Source of the DNA: Chiloscyllium plagiosum
Taxonomy: Eukaryota
Direction: 5' to 3'
Assembly: GCF_004010195.1 (NCBI RefSeq)
Contig: NC_057718.1
Location: 24,394,035-24,458,034, forward strand
Length of the DNA stretch: 64,000 nt
A program made the position numbers and the translations under genes. The notes beneath the pieces were generated by a model. The model worked only from the letters and a program-made list of their open reading frames with translations, was not told the DNA's origin and did not search any database. Below, piece by piece: positions 50,305 to 62,749 of this stretch. Within the stretch, counting starts at the first letter, position 1. Each line of letters begins with the position of its first letter.

Positions 50305-50449
50305 CCTACAGAAAAAAAACAAGTCAACAGTGAAGTAAAATTCAACATCATTTTGTTTGTGGTATTGTTATCCTTTGATGAAAAGAATGCATTATTTTTT
50401 CCTAATTTAATACACAATATAACTATTCCATTCTTCCTGTTATGGAGTT

Positions 50450-50767
50450 TTAGATTAGATTACCTAGAGTGTGAAAACAGGCCCTTCGGCCCAACAAGTC
50501 CACACCGACCCTCCGAAGAGTAACCCACCCAGATCCATTTCCCTCTGATGAATGCACCTAACACTATGGACAATTTAATATGGCCAATTCATCTGGCCAG
50601 CACATCTTTGTGACTGTGGGAGGAAACTGGAGTACCTGGAGGAAACCCACTCAGATACAGGGAGAATGTGCAAACTCCCCACAGACAGTCGCCCGAGGCT
50701 GGAATTGAACCTGGGACCCTGGTGCTGTGAGGCAGCCGTGCTAACCACTGAGCCACCATGCTACCCT
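50450..50767 (-). mobile_element. HE1 / V-SINE in the GREM2 intron
   Basis: Full-length reverse complement of the family. Confidence 0.9.
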
Positions 50768-53700
50768 ACACAACATCATTTCTGAGATCACACACACGCA
50801 CATTTTGTTCATAATGCAATTCCTATTTCAATTCTTAGATGCATTGTAAGCTTTTTAGCCTTCATGGTAGTTTCGTGTTTAATACACTTTTTCTGTTTAG
50901 TCAATGGCCACACACTCCCATATTTTCACCTCACCATTGGCAGCTGTGCCTCACCCTAAGCCTATCTAGGCTCTAAGTTTGGAATTACTCTCCCCCCAGT
51001 CTCTTTGCCCAACCATCTCCCTTTCCTGCCTTAAGATGCTGTTTTTAAACTTAGCTGTTTGGCTAATCATTTGGTCATCTATCCTAATGTCTCCAGCTTA
51101 ATGCCAATGTTGGTCGGACTGCACTCCTGTGAAGTGGTTTGGAGTGTTAAGTGTGCTATCTGAATGCAGAATGTTTGTAGTTAGAAAGGCAGGTAGCAGA
51201 TTAGCTCTTGGAACGTTCCTGGTGCTGCTCTGCAGCTTTGTTTACCATGAACCCCATCTTATTCTTTTCTCTTTTTTCTTCCCTCCCAAGATGAAAAGGA
51301 CTTTGCTTTCTTCCTAAAGTACCACATTATGCAGAATAGATCGTGTGGATAATTGTTGGCAAGGCTACTATGCTAATTTATTGTTCACAATTTGTGAATC
51401 TATTGTTATTTCGTAGTTTCAGGCCATAAAAGAAATTAGCATCAGGAATGCTGTAGCTGAATTGCTTCATTACAACCAGGAGATGGCATATTTGAGTGCA
51501 GAACTTTACTTTGGATGTATCACTCAATTGATAGTTTATTAACTCTTGGACACTCCACTAGATGGAGCACTGGACAGAGATGGCATTTCCCTTGGAGGGA
51601 AAGCTGACATTGTTCCCATGGTTCCATTTAGTATCTACCTTTGACTGATACAGTAATGGAGCAATGTTAATTGGTTTCCCGCAGAGATCTGCCCTTCAAG
51701 TGAAAAGGTCATGGAAAAATTAGATGATACAGAGTAGCTGTATAATGTTTATATTTTTTGTAAGTAATTGTCTCTGTTCCATGTGTAAATCAGTCTACAC
51801 TTTTGCAAGATGTAGAGTTAAGCTACAGAGGCCTAGAATCAATATTCTGGTTCACCTACAACTGATCGTGTATCTTGAAAGGACCAAAAATCACATGATG
51901 AAATACATGCTGGGAAGCACATTGGTAATTTGACGAACTGTATTTATGATAGTTATTTCTTTAGAAACATAGGGAAGAGGACCAGGATGTGGTTCCATCT
52001 TAGCCAAGACCGAAATCAATGATGTATAACATAGACATGTGACCTGAGCCTGCTTAACTCCCACCAAGGTTAAAATCAGGGCTTTGAGTTTGTGCTTCAA
52101 TTCAAAATGTGTTGACTGTGAAAGCAGAAATTAATGCATTTTAATATAAATGAGTGCAAAAGTTCAGTAAGTGTCTGGGTTAAGAGACTGTGAGCCACCA
52201 AACTCTGAGAACAGATTTGAAAAGTCATTTATCTAAGGATTACACAGAATATTTTGGTTGAAATACTCTTAGACTTTTAAGCTCACCATCCCTTATCCCA
52301 GAGCAAACCTTTTTGGAATCCTAGTAGCAATCCTGTTGTAGATGCTCTCCCAAGCCACTGCATTTACTTAACTGTTCACTAACAAAACCTTAATAACAGC
52401 ATTAAAAGCCAGCCAAACTACATTCTATCGGTGGCTCCATGCAACGTACGCACAGAAAGGTCTGGTTGTGGAGAGTGAATTGTGTCATCCACTGCTCGGT
52501 AAGCAGAATGTTAATAAAAATCCATCTTGCTAAGCTTTATTTCCATTTATGGATTGCAATGATAACTTCATGTCAATTGCAACACAGGAGAATGGTCTAA
52601 TAACACCTGTCAAAATTTCCACTAATTACAAATTGTCAAAGTAGAACTTCAGTCATAATTTATTCTCTGTGATGATGCAACAGCTCTTTAATAACATCAG
52701 TAACTGTAGTGCACAGAACAGAAGTAGGATTTGAAGTGCACTTTGTTTATGCAATGTACACTGTATACTAGACATTCTAGGCATAAAAGAATTGTGTCTG
52801 TTGGTTGGAGTATCAAAAACAGACAGACACAATTTCTGGATATAGAGCCAATCACTCAGGACAGATGTGAGGAAAAATTACTTCACTCAATGGATTGTAA
52901 ATGTTTGGAATTCTCTACACCAGTGTATTGTAAATTCTCCATCATTGGATGCATTACAGGCTGGGATAGACAGATCTTTGGTCTCTCAAAGAATCAAGGA
53001 ATGTGGAGAGCAGGCAGGAAAGTGGAGCTAAAGCTGAGGATTTGCCATGATCGCATTGAATGACTAAGCAAGTCAATGGATGAGATGGACATTTTATACA
53101 TACTCATATTCTTGACATAGGGAAACAAACTATTCTATTGGATAAAAGGATCCAACTGAGAGCAATTGATTCAAATGAGTATGTCATAGTCATGTGGATG
53201 AACCATATCTCAGAACTAAAGACCAAACCATATAGGAAATATGTTCAGTGTAATAAGGAGCATATATTTTGTCTGTCTAATACAAGTTTTTAAATTATAA
53301 ACCAATGAAGCTTTTCTTTCAGTTTATCCAATAATACCCATGATCTTCAGTCGTAAAACAATGCATAGTAGAAGATATGATATTTTAGTTTAAAGTAAGG
53401 CCAATGAAAATTCCGTGAAGAATTATTTAAGGTGAGGTGCATGTTGCAACGTCGTGTTGGGATCGACAGTACACAGTCTTTCAAATTTGGACATTGTCCA
53501 AACTCAACAACAAGATTGGACTCCTCTTTTAATTAAATCATTAAGGCTGTTAATCATATGATTCAATAACTGTTTTAATATTTTCATAGATTAAAAATCT
53601 ACTAAGGTATGTTCTGACCATTTTATCTTTGTGGCTTGATAACCATGTTTTTTTTTAAAAGCTAGTCTGTGCACCTGTGCACAAAGGAGCTGAGGATACA

Positions 53701-54799
53701 GGGTTAGAACCATAATTGCTCTACATGATAAGTTTCCTGTCACAGATAATGCTGTTGTGAGAAAGTGACAAGAGAACACAGGGCAATACCCAAAGCGACG
53801 GGTGCAAGTCTGCCCTTATGTGTAGTCAAGTCACCCAGTATGGACAACAATGACAGGGAGTGCAGTTTTCCGATTACATTCTCAACCAGGGTCCAATGTG
53901 TGTTTCACAGGTATAAGAGCCAAAAGCTTTTATAGTTTGTTCGATGGTTCATGCTCATAGGTGGCACTATCAATATGGCGTTTGATTTCAGTATCTGATT
54001 CCAAAGGTTGTGAATGATGAGCAGATTCTCATTAAGTACAGTATTTAAACAGTGATGATGTTCAGTTACACCATAGAAGCAGTTACACTGAGATCATATA
54101 TTGTTGCTTTTCATTGGTGAACCTTATCAATCCATTTTATAATGAACTGAAGAGATTTTCGCAAATTTTCATTGTGCTGCTAACATGGCACCTTGCATTT
54201 CCAGTGCAGCTGTTTTCCTGAATCATCAGTTTATCTAGAAGTATTTGAACCCAGATGTGTCCCACAATATTAGTAACTTCACTTGGATTAATTTTGGTGA
54301 ATATGCGAACTCTTGAACTTAGCTTCAAAAACCTGATAAAAATCAATTGTGCACCTATTTCCCTTCACTTCTTGTTTGCCCCTAATCATTCCTTTCTGCA
54401 AGGCATTCAGAGATGTTACTCCATGAATGGATTGCCAAATAAATGTAAGTTTCCACTGATGTGACCCCTTCCACCCCACTGGCTATCAGATAATTTAGAC
54501 TTGTTTCTATCTTTCCTTTATCATTTGTCTTTGTAAGTTACATTAATTAACAGTTATTAACAGGGCCAGACTCAAAGTGCTATAATATTAATACTCTGGA
54601 CAGCAAATATGTATATTGAGAGCAGATTCTTACTGAAAACACATTGGATTCTGAAAAATCTCTGTCAGAAGTTACAGTCAAATTTCTGACAATCTTGCTA
54701 TCCTCCTAGCAACTTCGAGGGTCAAACATTTTACTTTCACTTCTGATTGTATATATCATTAATAATGTATCTTTTCCATGTCAAAATATATTTATTTTT

Positions 54800-54990
54800 A
54801 GAATCTGTAGGGAGTCAAACAGAGTTAATATTTCAAGTTCAATATAACTTCTTCAGAGATGAGTCATATTGGACTTGAAATGTTAACTCTGTTTTTCTTT
54901 CTCCATAGATGCTTCAAAACCAACTGAGTTTCTCCTGCACATTGTTTTTATTTCAGGTCTCCAGGATCCACAGTACTTTGTTTTCATTTG
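54800..54990. mobile_element. Old palindromic Penelope-terminus insertion
   Basis: Arms aaacagagttaatatttcaagt / acttgaaatgttaactctgttt around ~54855. Confidence 0.7.
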
Positions 54991-55749
54991 TAAATGTATT
55001 TAAAATATAAAATAATATTTATTATAAATAAAATGTAGAAATTTGATTAAAGGTTTATTTCCACCTTTGGTTGGATTAAATACTAATTCATTTTAAATTA
55101 CTTGGACAATATTTCGTTGTTTGCAGATTCTCTGTTTGAATATGTGTGCATGGGTGTTTGTCTGCACATCATGTGTGTATGTGTTTGCACATACAGCCTC
55201 CTCATGGTAATTTGTATATTGTATATTTGTATATTGGACTTCTGAATGTGTGAGGTTGCTAGTGTTTGAATCACACATAATGCTGTAGCCTTCCTCTCTC
55301 CTGCTTTCATCCGGTTGGTTATGATCTTCGGCCAAGGACTCCATTAGGCTCGAGTGATTTATTAATGTCTAATGTAAAAGGCGTTCCACATAATTCACAA
55401 TCACACTACAAAATTGACCCTAATCCTGCTGGATTTATGACATATTTGTGTAAGATTTGCACTTTGAGTTGATCCCAGATCATTTATTACAGACTTTTGA
55501 GTTTCAGCTGGCACTCTTCATATTGACATTGTTCCAAATGGGACTGACATTTGTACCTATGAAACTACACTGTCTGACCTTAACTCTGAGGGACCCCTGT
55601 CAGAGGGTGTTGTGCACGGTAACCGCAGCTCAATCTGAGAATACCTGAGAAATAGGTCTGTAAGAAAACCTTTTCTTCACAGTTCTCTCTACTTTCTGAT
55701 TATTAGTGCAGCTCATACATACAACCATCAACTGAACATTATGCAGAGT

Positions 55750-55866
55750 TCAGAAACATGAAATAAACATTGAAAATGCTGGAGAAACTCAGCAGGTCTG
55801 GCAGCATCTGTGCTGTGAGAAACAAGAGTTAACATTTCGAGTAAAGGCTGAACTTCATCAGAACCC
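55750..55866 (-). mobile_element. Penelope terminus with hammerhead core
   Basis: Minus strand GGGUU-CUGAUGA-...-GAAA-UGUU-AACUC. Confidence 0.7.
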
Positions 55867-56169
55867 TAGAATTTAAACTCACTTAGACACATGGGTTCCA
55901 TCATTTGAGTTACTGAGTAACTTGCAAAGTATTTTTAATCAACCTGTTTGGGCATGTTATGACACACTTCTGGAGCAGCTGGGACTTAAAACTCTAGAAA
56001 TCAACTACTGCACCTCAAGAGCCCTTTAATCAATGTGGTGTCAACTTGAGAAGAACAATTAAGCCCCTTTGATAAACCTTGTGCAGTCTATTAATCACCA
56101 TAAATGTAGTCATAATGCTGCTGAGCAGGTTCCTGTATGCAAGGGCATGAAACTGGCATTGTAACTCAG

Positions 56170-56251
56170 GTTCTGGATTAGTGGTACTGGCAGAGCACAG
56201 CAGTCCAGAATCTGGTTTCCAGCATCTGCAGTCATTGTTTTTACCTCGTTG
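56170..56251. mobile_element. 82-bp inverted Penelope-terminus insertion
   Basis: 12-bp TSD attgtaactcag at 56158-56169 and 56252-56263; contains tccagcatctgcagtc. Confidence 0.8.
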
Positions 56252-56520
56252 ATTGTAACTCAGAGCCAGGTCTTGACCACACTGAAATAACATTGGCAGT
56301 TTCACACAACTTTGAATTTTGAAAGCCTGGTGCAGCACACTACGAACCCAGGTAAAATTGCCAGATAATCAAAAGAGCCTCTTAGTTATTATATAAAGTA
56401 TTACAAAAAGCTGAATGCTGTAGTCCAGGGTCTCATAAAATTGGAAGAATATCTCACACCTTAGTGGAAATAATTAATTATTAAGTTACTATTCCATGGA
56501 GTATTGGGATATTAAGTGTG

Positions 56521-56791
56521 TAGAACATAGAACATAGAAGAATTCAGCGCAGTACAGGCCCTTCGGCCCTCGATGTTGCGCCGATCCAAGCCCACCTAAC
56601 CTACACTAGCCCACTATCCTCCATATGCCTATCCAATGCCTGCTTAAATGCCCATAATGAGGGAGAGTCCATCACTGCTACTGGCAGGGCATTCCATGAA
56701 CTCACGACTCATTGAGTAAAGAACCTACCCCTAACATCTGTCCTATACCTACCCCCCCCCTTAATTTAAAGCTATGCCCCCTTGTAATAGC
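56521..56791 (-). mobile_element. Young CR1/HER1 3' UTR fragment
   Basis: (agaacat)n tail and acaggcccttcggccc hairpin. CpGs are retained. Confidence 0.8.
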
Positions 56792-57080
56792 TGTGTCTTG
56801 TCTTGACTTTTAAAATCTTCATAGAGAAATTTGAGTTTTGGGCTTGCAGGTCAGCTAGACAAAAATAGAATTCCAGTTACGCCACAAATTCCTCATATGG
56901 CCACATACTAACGGGTGACAGTGGAGCACTTTACATATAAGAGATCAACAATCTGTAAATCATGTTACAGCAGTTCAGAAATTCATTGCAACACTGTACT
57001 ATGTGCCCAGCAATTATGGATCTGGGTAAGAACAGAACGTTATCCCCCTATAAACTTCTGTCTATCTAATGTTTGCAAGT

Positions 57081-57245
57081 AGGAGAAGGTGAGGACTGCA
57101 GATGCTGAAAAATGTGTTGCTGGAAAAGCGCAGCAGGTTAGGCAGCATCTTATTCTGAAGACGGGCTTATGCCCGAAACGTCGATTCTCCTGCTCCTTGG
57201 ATGTTGCCTGACCTGCTGCGCTTTTCCAGCAACACAGTTTTCAGC
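57081..57245. mobile_element. Palindromic Penelope-terminus insertion
   Basis: 16-bp TSD tctaatgtttgcaagt at 57065-57080 and 57246-57261; inverted arms. Confidence 0.9.
57151..57187 (+). ncRNA. Minimal hammerhead ribozyme motif (intact core)
   Basis: CUGAAGA (57155-57161), C, helix II GGGC(UUAU)GCCC, GAAA (57175-57178), CGUC. Predicted cut after 57182. Confidence 0.6.
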
Positions 57246-58129
57246 TCTAATGTTTGCAAGTGTCCTGCAAGTAATAAAGACTTGGGACTGTTTTGCAACT
57301 GGACTACACTGATTGAAGCTCTAGTTTGATGGCATCTTTGTTGATCCTTCTGCATTTGGTAATGTGAATGTATCACCTGTAGTCAGATCATAATAATTTT
57401 GGTTCAACCTTCCCTAAGTATGATAGTTGGTTTTACCACTAATTGAGTATGTGACCTGGGTCATATGGTTCATATGACAACTTCGGGGCTCTTAAGAATC
57501 TTCCCCCAATATCTCTGGAACACCTGCTTGCGAAACTATAAATCACTTGGTTATTGACCACAACAATTGAGCTGGGATAAAGTGATCTTCTCCAAAATGA
57601 GGAGAGTGGTTGTCCATGAATGATGGAGGGGCACAATTCATTGAGTAAGTTTCAAAAGGAGTATGTTACTATAATGATAATGAATGCGGTGCTGTGTTAA
57701 ACATAGTTAGATTTTAGAGCTTTTGTTTATCTTAACAGTTGCAAAATTAAGTTCACATAATTGGTTATTTAGCACATGAAACAGTCATGAAAGCTGTCAG
57801 ATTGTTCTAAGTGCCCCAATGATTTGCTGACATCCTTCAGGGAATAGAACATTTTTGAATTAGCACACATGAGCCTCCAGTGTGCTAGGTGATCAACTCT
57901 TAATCCTACAAAGTGTACCAGACAGTAACATTCAAGACCAATTATACCTTAATGCAACCAGCCATGACAGAGTGACCCACATCCAAGGACAGATTTACAG
58001 CCACATCTAGATAGCACTTGGCTAGACTTTTAGATGAATTTTAATAAGAAAATATCCAGGTGCCATTCTCATCCCACAAAGATACAAAGATAATGAAAAG
58101 GAAGAACTGAGATCCAAATTTAATGGAAA

Positions 58130-59115
58130 GAAATAACTGACATTTCTCAACTTCATGTTGCCCCTAGGCAACATCATCTGAAAAAATAACATCTCTATAT
58201 ACAGGCACACCCAGTTTTCACTTACTGACACCTTCATTGATCTCTCTATGCCTGCCTCATATGAGACTGCTTGACTGTTGTTCAGCACATGATGACCAAA
58301 GTTGTCCTCCAAATAAATATTGGGAAGAGTGAAGGCAAAGTCTTTAATCTTCAAAACAAATTCCCCTCTCTCTACTGGGTCTATCCCTTTCTCTCTCTCA
58401 TTCTGAGCCAATATTTTCACAACCTCGGTGGCATATTTGGCTATGCACATATCTGTACAGTTGCTAAGCCAACCTATTTCCACATCTGTAAAACTACCTG
58501 ATTTCACCACAGCCACAATCCTCTCCCACATGACACCAACCTTCATGGTCTATATTGCTTACAGAACCTTCTGCAATGTCTATATAGAATAGAATCCCTA
58601 CAGAGTGGAAATAGGCCCTTCAGCCCTACAAGTCCACACTGACCCTCCAAAGAGTATCGCACCCAAACCCGCTCCCCATTACTTTACATTTACCCCTAAC
58701 CTATACATCCCTATGGGCAATTTAGCATGGCCAATTCACCTAGCCTGCACATCTTTGGATTGTGGGAGGAGACCAGAACACCCAGAGGAAACCCATGCAG
58801 GCATGGGGAGAATGTGCAAACTCCACACAGACAGTCACCCAAGGCTGGAATCAAACCTGGGTTCCTGGCACTGTGAGGCAGCAGTGCTAACCACTGAGCC
58901 ACCATGCTGCCATACTTTAATTGTGGCTTCTTGAGTATCCCTGATGTTAATCATTCTGCTGTCCCTTTGGCTGTCTAAGTCGTAAGTTCTGGAATTTCTT
59001 CATTAAACCTCTTTAACTTTACCTTGTTTTCCTCTTTTAAGACACTCCTTGAAACCCATCTTATTGATCAAATGTTTGGTCTTCTGTCTTAATGTCTGTT
59101 ACAAGGCTTGTTGTC
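58130..59115 (+). mobile_element. Decayed L2 LINE 3' part, interrupted by an HE1 SINE
   Basis: FHNLGGIFGYAHICTVAKPTYFHICK resembles the L2 motif RNLGVIFD...K.AYFHLRNI. L2-like tail at 58920-59115. Confidence 0.65.
58584..58911 (-). mobile_element. HE1 / V-SINE
   Basis: Full-length reverse complement of the family. Confidence 0.9.
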
Positions 59116-59149
59116 ATACATTTGTTTTGTTTTTAAATTAACCTTAACA

Positions 59150-59236
59150 GAGGTGTTAATACACACCTCTGGAGCAGGTGGAACTTGAACCGAGACCTCC
59201 TGACTCAGAGGTAGAGACACTACCACTGCACCATAA
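59150..59236 (-). mobile_element. tRNA-derived SINE head (a similar copy lies at ~55955-56020)
   Basis: Minus strand tggtgcagtggtag...ggttcaagttcc (A and B boxes). Confidence 0.6.
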
Positions 59237-59357
59237 CAAAGCTCCATTAAGCACTTTAGCATGTCTTACAACTGTTTACTGTATAATCATACTATGTGTC
59301 ATTGTACATCTGCTTGATAGTAACTAAATTTACATGTAGTGCTGCATCCACTGAAAG

Positions 59358-59508
59358 TCAAAAAGTGTGGTGCTGGAAAAGAACAGCAGGTCAGGCAGCA
59401 TCCGAGGAGCAGTACAGTCGACATTTCAGGCATAAGTCCTTCATCATTCCTTTTCCACGCCACATTTTTTGACTCTGATCTCCAGCATCTGCAGTCCTCA
59501 CTTTCTCC
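59358..59508. mobile_element. Inverted Penelope-terminus insertion
   Basis: Same arm family. Imperfect TSD ctgcatc(c/t)ac..aaag. Degenerate core (AUGAUGA...GAAAUGUC) on the minus strand. Confidence 0.8.
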
Positions 59509-60624
59509 TGCATCTACCAAAGCCAATTATAAAATTCTCAACTCCGAGACATTTAACTCATTTCCATCTTGTCACACGTAGAAATGGCTTCACGATAGCT
59601 TTGAGATATGTTTCATTTTTATTTGATCAAACATTTATAGATCCCAATATAAAAATCTCAAATAGTTCGGGCTAACAGTATGTCATATGTAATATCAAGT
59701 TTCTCATGTTAGAAATTTAGACCATCTATTAACTTTTTCACTTGAATAAATGTGTTTCTGCCTCTTGCAAGCTTTGTAAGCAATGAGCTGCAAACTATTC
59801 ACTGCACCCCAGTATTTCTAAGGCTTAATGTGATTCATTTTATATATCGCAACTTCATTAATTTTAAATTGTAATTTCCTTGGTCAACAGTTACAAAACT
59901 GTTTTAGGAAATGCACTGAAGAAGATACAGAGACGAGTCATGTTATAGCAGTAAGTAGTATTTCTAATGGAGATGATATCAAGTGATGGTTTAACAGGTT
60001 GTTGAGATGATGAACAATGGGTCTCAGCCTAAAATAATCTCCAAAGGGAGTGGAGGCATAGAATTAATTGCACTCACTCAGGTTTGGAAGTGTGCAGTGG
60101 GAAAGGGGGTCAAGTTGAAGATAATGATATCAGTCACCTTAATAATAAAAACTTAGGAAAATTGCAGCTGATGAAAACTGAATATGGGACATAAATCTGA
60201 CGATCTGCAGATCGTAAGCAGAGTTAGAGTGGCGGTGGGGGGAATACAGAGCAGTGGCGTTAGGGTGTGGTAATCTTAAACCTGGAGGTTGACTACATGT
60301 CTGTGATGTTGTCCCATGCAGCATGGGGGAGGAGGGAGAGGGTGAAGAACAGGTCCCCCAAGGAGGAAAGGAACACCACCAGTTGTGACTACCATTACAG
60401 CAATAAGAGAGGAATCAAACTGTCAGTACCAACTGCAAAAGCTGGGGGGAGCAAACATTCAACTGGTCAATTGTCCCTGTTTGTGGAAAAGCAACATGCT
60501 CACTGCATCACTTTTTTTAATGTTGTGTTAATTAGTTCTCTGGCGTTGGACAATGTATTTATAAACAATGCGTAAGGCACATATGGAAACATTGGCTGTG
60601 TGTTCTTAAACTGTTTCAGATGTC

Positions 60625-60785
60625 ATTTAGGCCAAGAAACTGCCATCCTTACCTGGTCTGACCTACATGTGACTCCTGCCCCACAGCAATGTGGCTGACC
60701 CTGAACTGGCCTGTGGGCAATCAGGGATGGGTACTAAATGTTGATCTAGCCATCAAAACCCTCACCCCATGAATGAATAAAAGAA
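60625..60785 (+). mobile_element. Truncated bipartite Zenon-derived SINE
   Basis: ccttacctggtctg...cccacagcaatgtgg joined directly to the gggatggg...gaatgaataaaa tail. Confidence 0.7.
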
Positions 60786-60937
60786 ATTCTCTGTCAATGA
60801 ATGGCGCATCAACATTAACCTGTCTTTATATCAATGAGAGGCAAGAAATTGGGTTGGAGGTAGAGATGAGGGTCAGTCTCTTGGTAAGCAGTAGAGCAAT
60901 GGAGCTGGAGGTCTTGTGGTGCCTGTGGTCACCATTG

Positions 60938-61435
60938 AGTCATAGAGATGTACCACAGGGAAACAGACCCTTTGGTCTAACTCGTCCATGCCAACCAGAT
61001 ATTCTAAATTAATCTACTCCCATTTGCCAGCATTTGGCCCATATCCCTCTATTCCTATTTGTTTACTCATCAAGATGCCTTTTAAACAATGTACCAGCCT
61101 CCACCACTTCTTCTGGCAGCTCATTCCATACACGTACCACCCCCTGTGTGAAAAAGTTGCCTCTTAGGTCCCTTTTAAATCTTTTCCCTCTCACCTTAAA
61201 TCTTTGCCCTCTAGTTCTGGACTCCCCCATTCCAGGGAAAATGCCTTGTCTATTTTCCCTATCCATGCCTCTCATGATTTTTATTAACCTCTGTAAGGTC
61301 ACCCCTTAGTCTCCGATGGTCCAGGCAAAACAGCTCCAGCCCATTTCAGCCTCTCCCTATACCTCAAGCCCTCCAACCCTGGCAACTTCCTTGTAAATCT
61401 TTTCTGAACCCTTTCAAGTTTCACAACATCCTTCA
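60938..61435 (-). mobile_element. CR1/HER1 LINE 3' fragment
   Basis: ORF 61063-61302: KIMRGMDR...SRTRG..FKVRG.RFKRDLRGNFFTQGVVRVWNELPEEVVEAGT. Confidence 0.92.
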
Positions 61436-61649
61436 GGGATTCAGCCAGTGTCCAGGAGCTCTTCAATGGGACTGTGCCTGGAGCTGGATCTGAAATCCAC
61501 AGAGGGCCGGCTTTCTCCTGAACCCTTCAAAGACTCCAATTAAAATTCAGCCTACCCTGAATCTGGGAAAATATCCACCCTCATCCATCTAGACTGGAAA
61601 GAATGTGGATAGGGGCAGATGTTTTCAAAAATGTTACACCTAGAATAGA

Positions 61650-61866
61650 GGAGAAAGTGAGGACTGCAGATGCTGGAGATCAGAGCTGAAAATGTGTTGC
61701 TGAAAAAGCGCAGCAGGTCAGGCAGCATCCAAGGAGCAGGAGAATCGACGTTTCGTGCATGAGCCCTTCTTCAGGAATGGAGAAGAAGGGCTCACGCCCG
61801 AAACGTCGATTCTCCTGCTCCTTGGATGCTGCCTAACCTGCTGCGCTTTTCCAGCAACACATTTTC
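61650..61866. mobile_element. Palindromic Penelope-terminus insertion
   Basis: Inverted arms of ~85 bp. 14-bp TSD acacctagaataga at 61636-61649 and 61867-61880. Hammerhead core on the minus strand at 61741-61778. Confidence 0.92.
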
Positions 61867-62501
61867 ACACCTAGAATAGAATCCGTTAATGTGGCCATTC
61901 AGCCCATCGAGCCTGCACCATCCACTGAAGAGTTTCCAAATTGATCCAGCCCCTCACCCTATCCTCATATTTATGGCGAACCCTCCTAACCTGTATAGCT
62001 GAGTCAAAAATGGACATTGGTGCAAAAGTCAGCAGGTCTGTGGAGAGAAATCAGAACTAACGTTTCTGAGTGGAGTGACCCTACCTCAGAACGTTTTGTC
62101 TGTGGTTTATAGCATTCGCTGTTCTCCCCGTTTTAGCCAGTATAGCTTTTGCACCGTGGGAGAAAACCACATAGAGTCACCGGAGGGTGGAATCGACCCG
62201 CGTCCCTGGCGCTGTAAAGCAGCAGCGCGGACCACTGAACCAACTGAATGCGCCCTAATCATTCCTGGGGTTCGCCAGATATGATGCTGAGAGAGAGATT
62301 CGCCAGGATGATCAGAAGCTGATTATTGTAAGGTGTTTGAGAGGGGGGGTGACATTCAAGGTCAGCGTGGATCGCCCTTGCACCCATCCTCTAGATTGTG
62401 ATATTTCAGCGCTGCCCCTAAACTCCCAGGAACGACACATCAGAGGGATCGTCCTCATCTCTCATTGAGAAGCCAGGAAACAAGGGCAATTCTTAAAGCG
62501 A

Positions 62502-62505
<4 letters not shown>

Positions 62506-62537
<32 letters not shown>

Positions 62538-62548
62538 GTGTGTGTGTA
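62506..62548. repeat. (TA)n(TG)n microsatellite
   Basis: Direct reading. Confidence 0.95.
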
Positions 62549-62580
62549 TGGGGGGGAGGGGAGCTGATTCAATACCCTCG

Positions 62581-62740
62581 TAGAACAAGTCGACTCCAAA
62601 GAGTAACCCACCCAGACTCATTCCCTTACCCTTTTGCTCTATATTTACCCCTGGCTACTGCATCTAACCTACACGTCCCTGAACACCATGGGCTATTCAG
62701 TATGGCCGGTTCACCCTAACCTGCACATCTTTGGATGTGA
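62581..62740 (-). mobile_element. Partial HE1 SINE (other fragments at ~61881-61995 and 62160-62255)
   Basis: gagtaacccacccagac...ctaacctgcacatctttgga. Confidence 0.75.
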
Positions 62741-62749
62741 ACTCGATAC

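Noticed and set aside
50305..50322. N-terminal extension MFFFCR on the 173-aa ORF
   Set aside because: It is the intron polypyrimidine tract and AG acceptor. The real ATG is at 50304.
58022..58546. 174-aa ORF, the longest in the track
   Set aside because: Antisense to a decayed L2 fragment, with no host-protein features.
57065..61880. Recurrent palindromic repeats as a CRISPR-like array
   Set aside because: Copies are dispersed, carry TSDs and have no regular spacers or cas genes; the DNA is eukaryotic.
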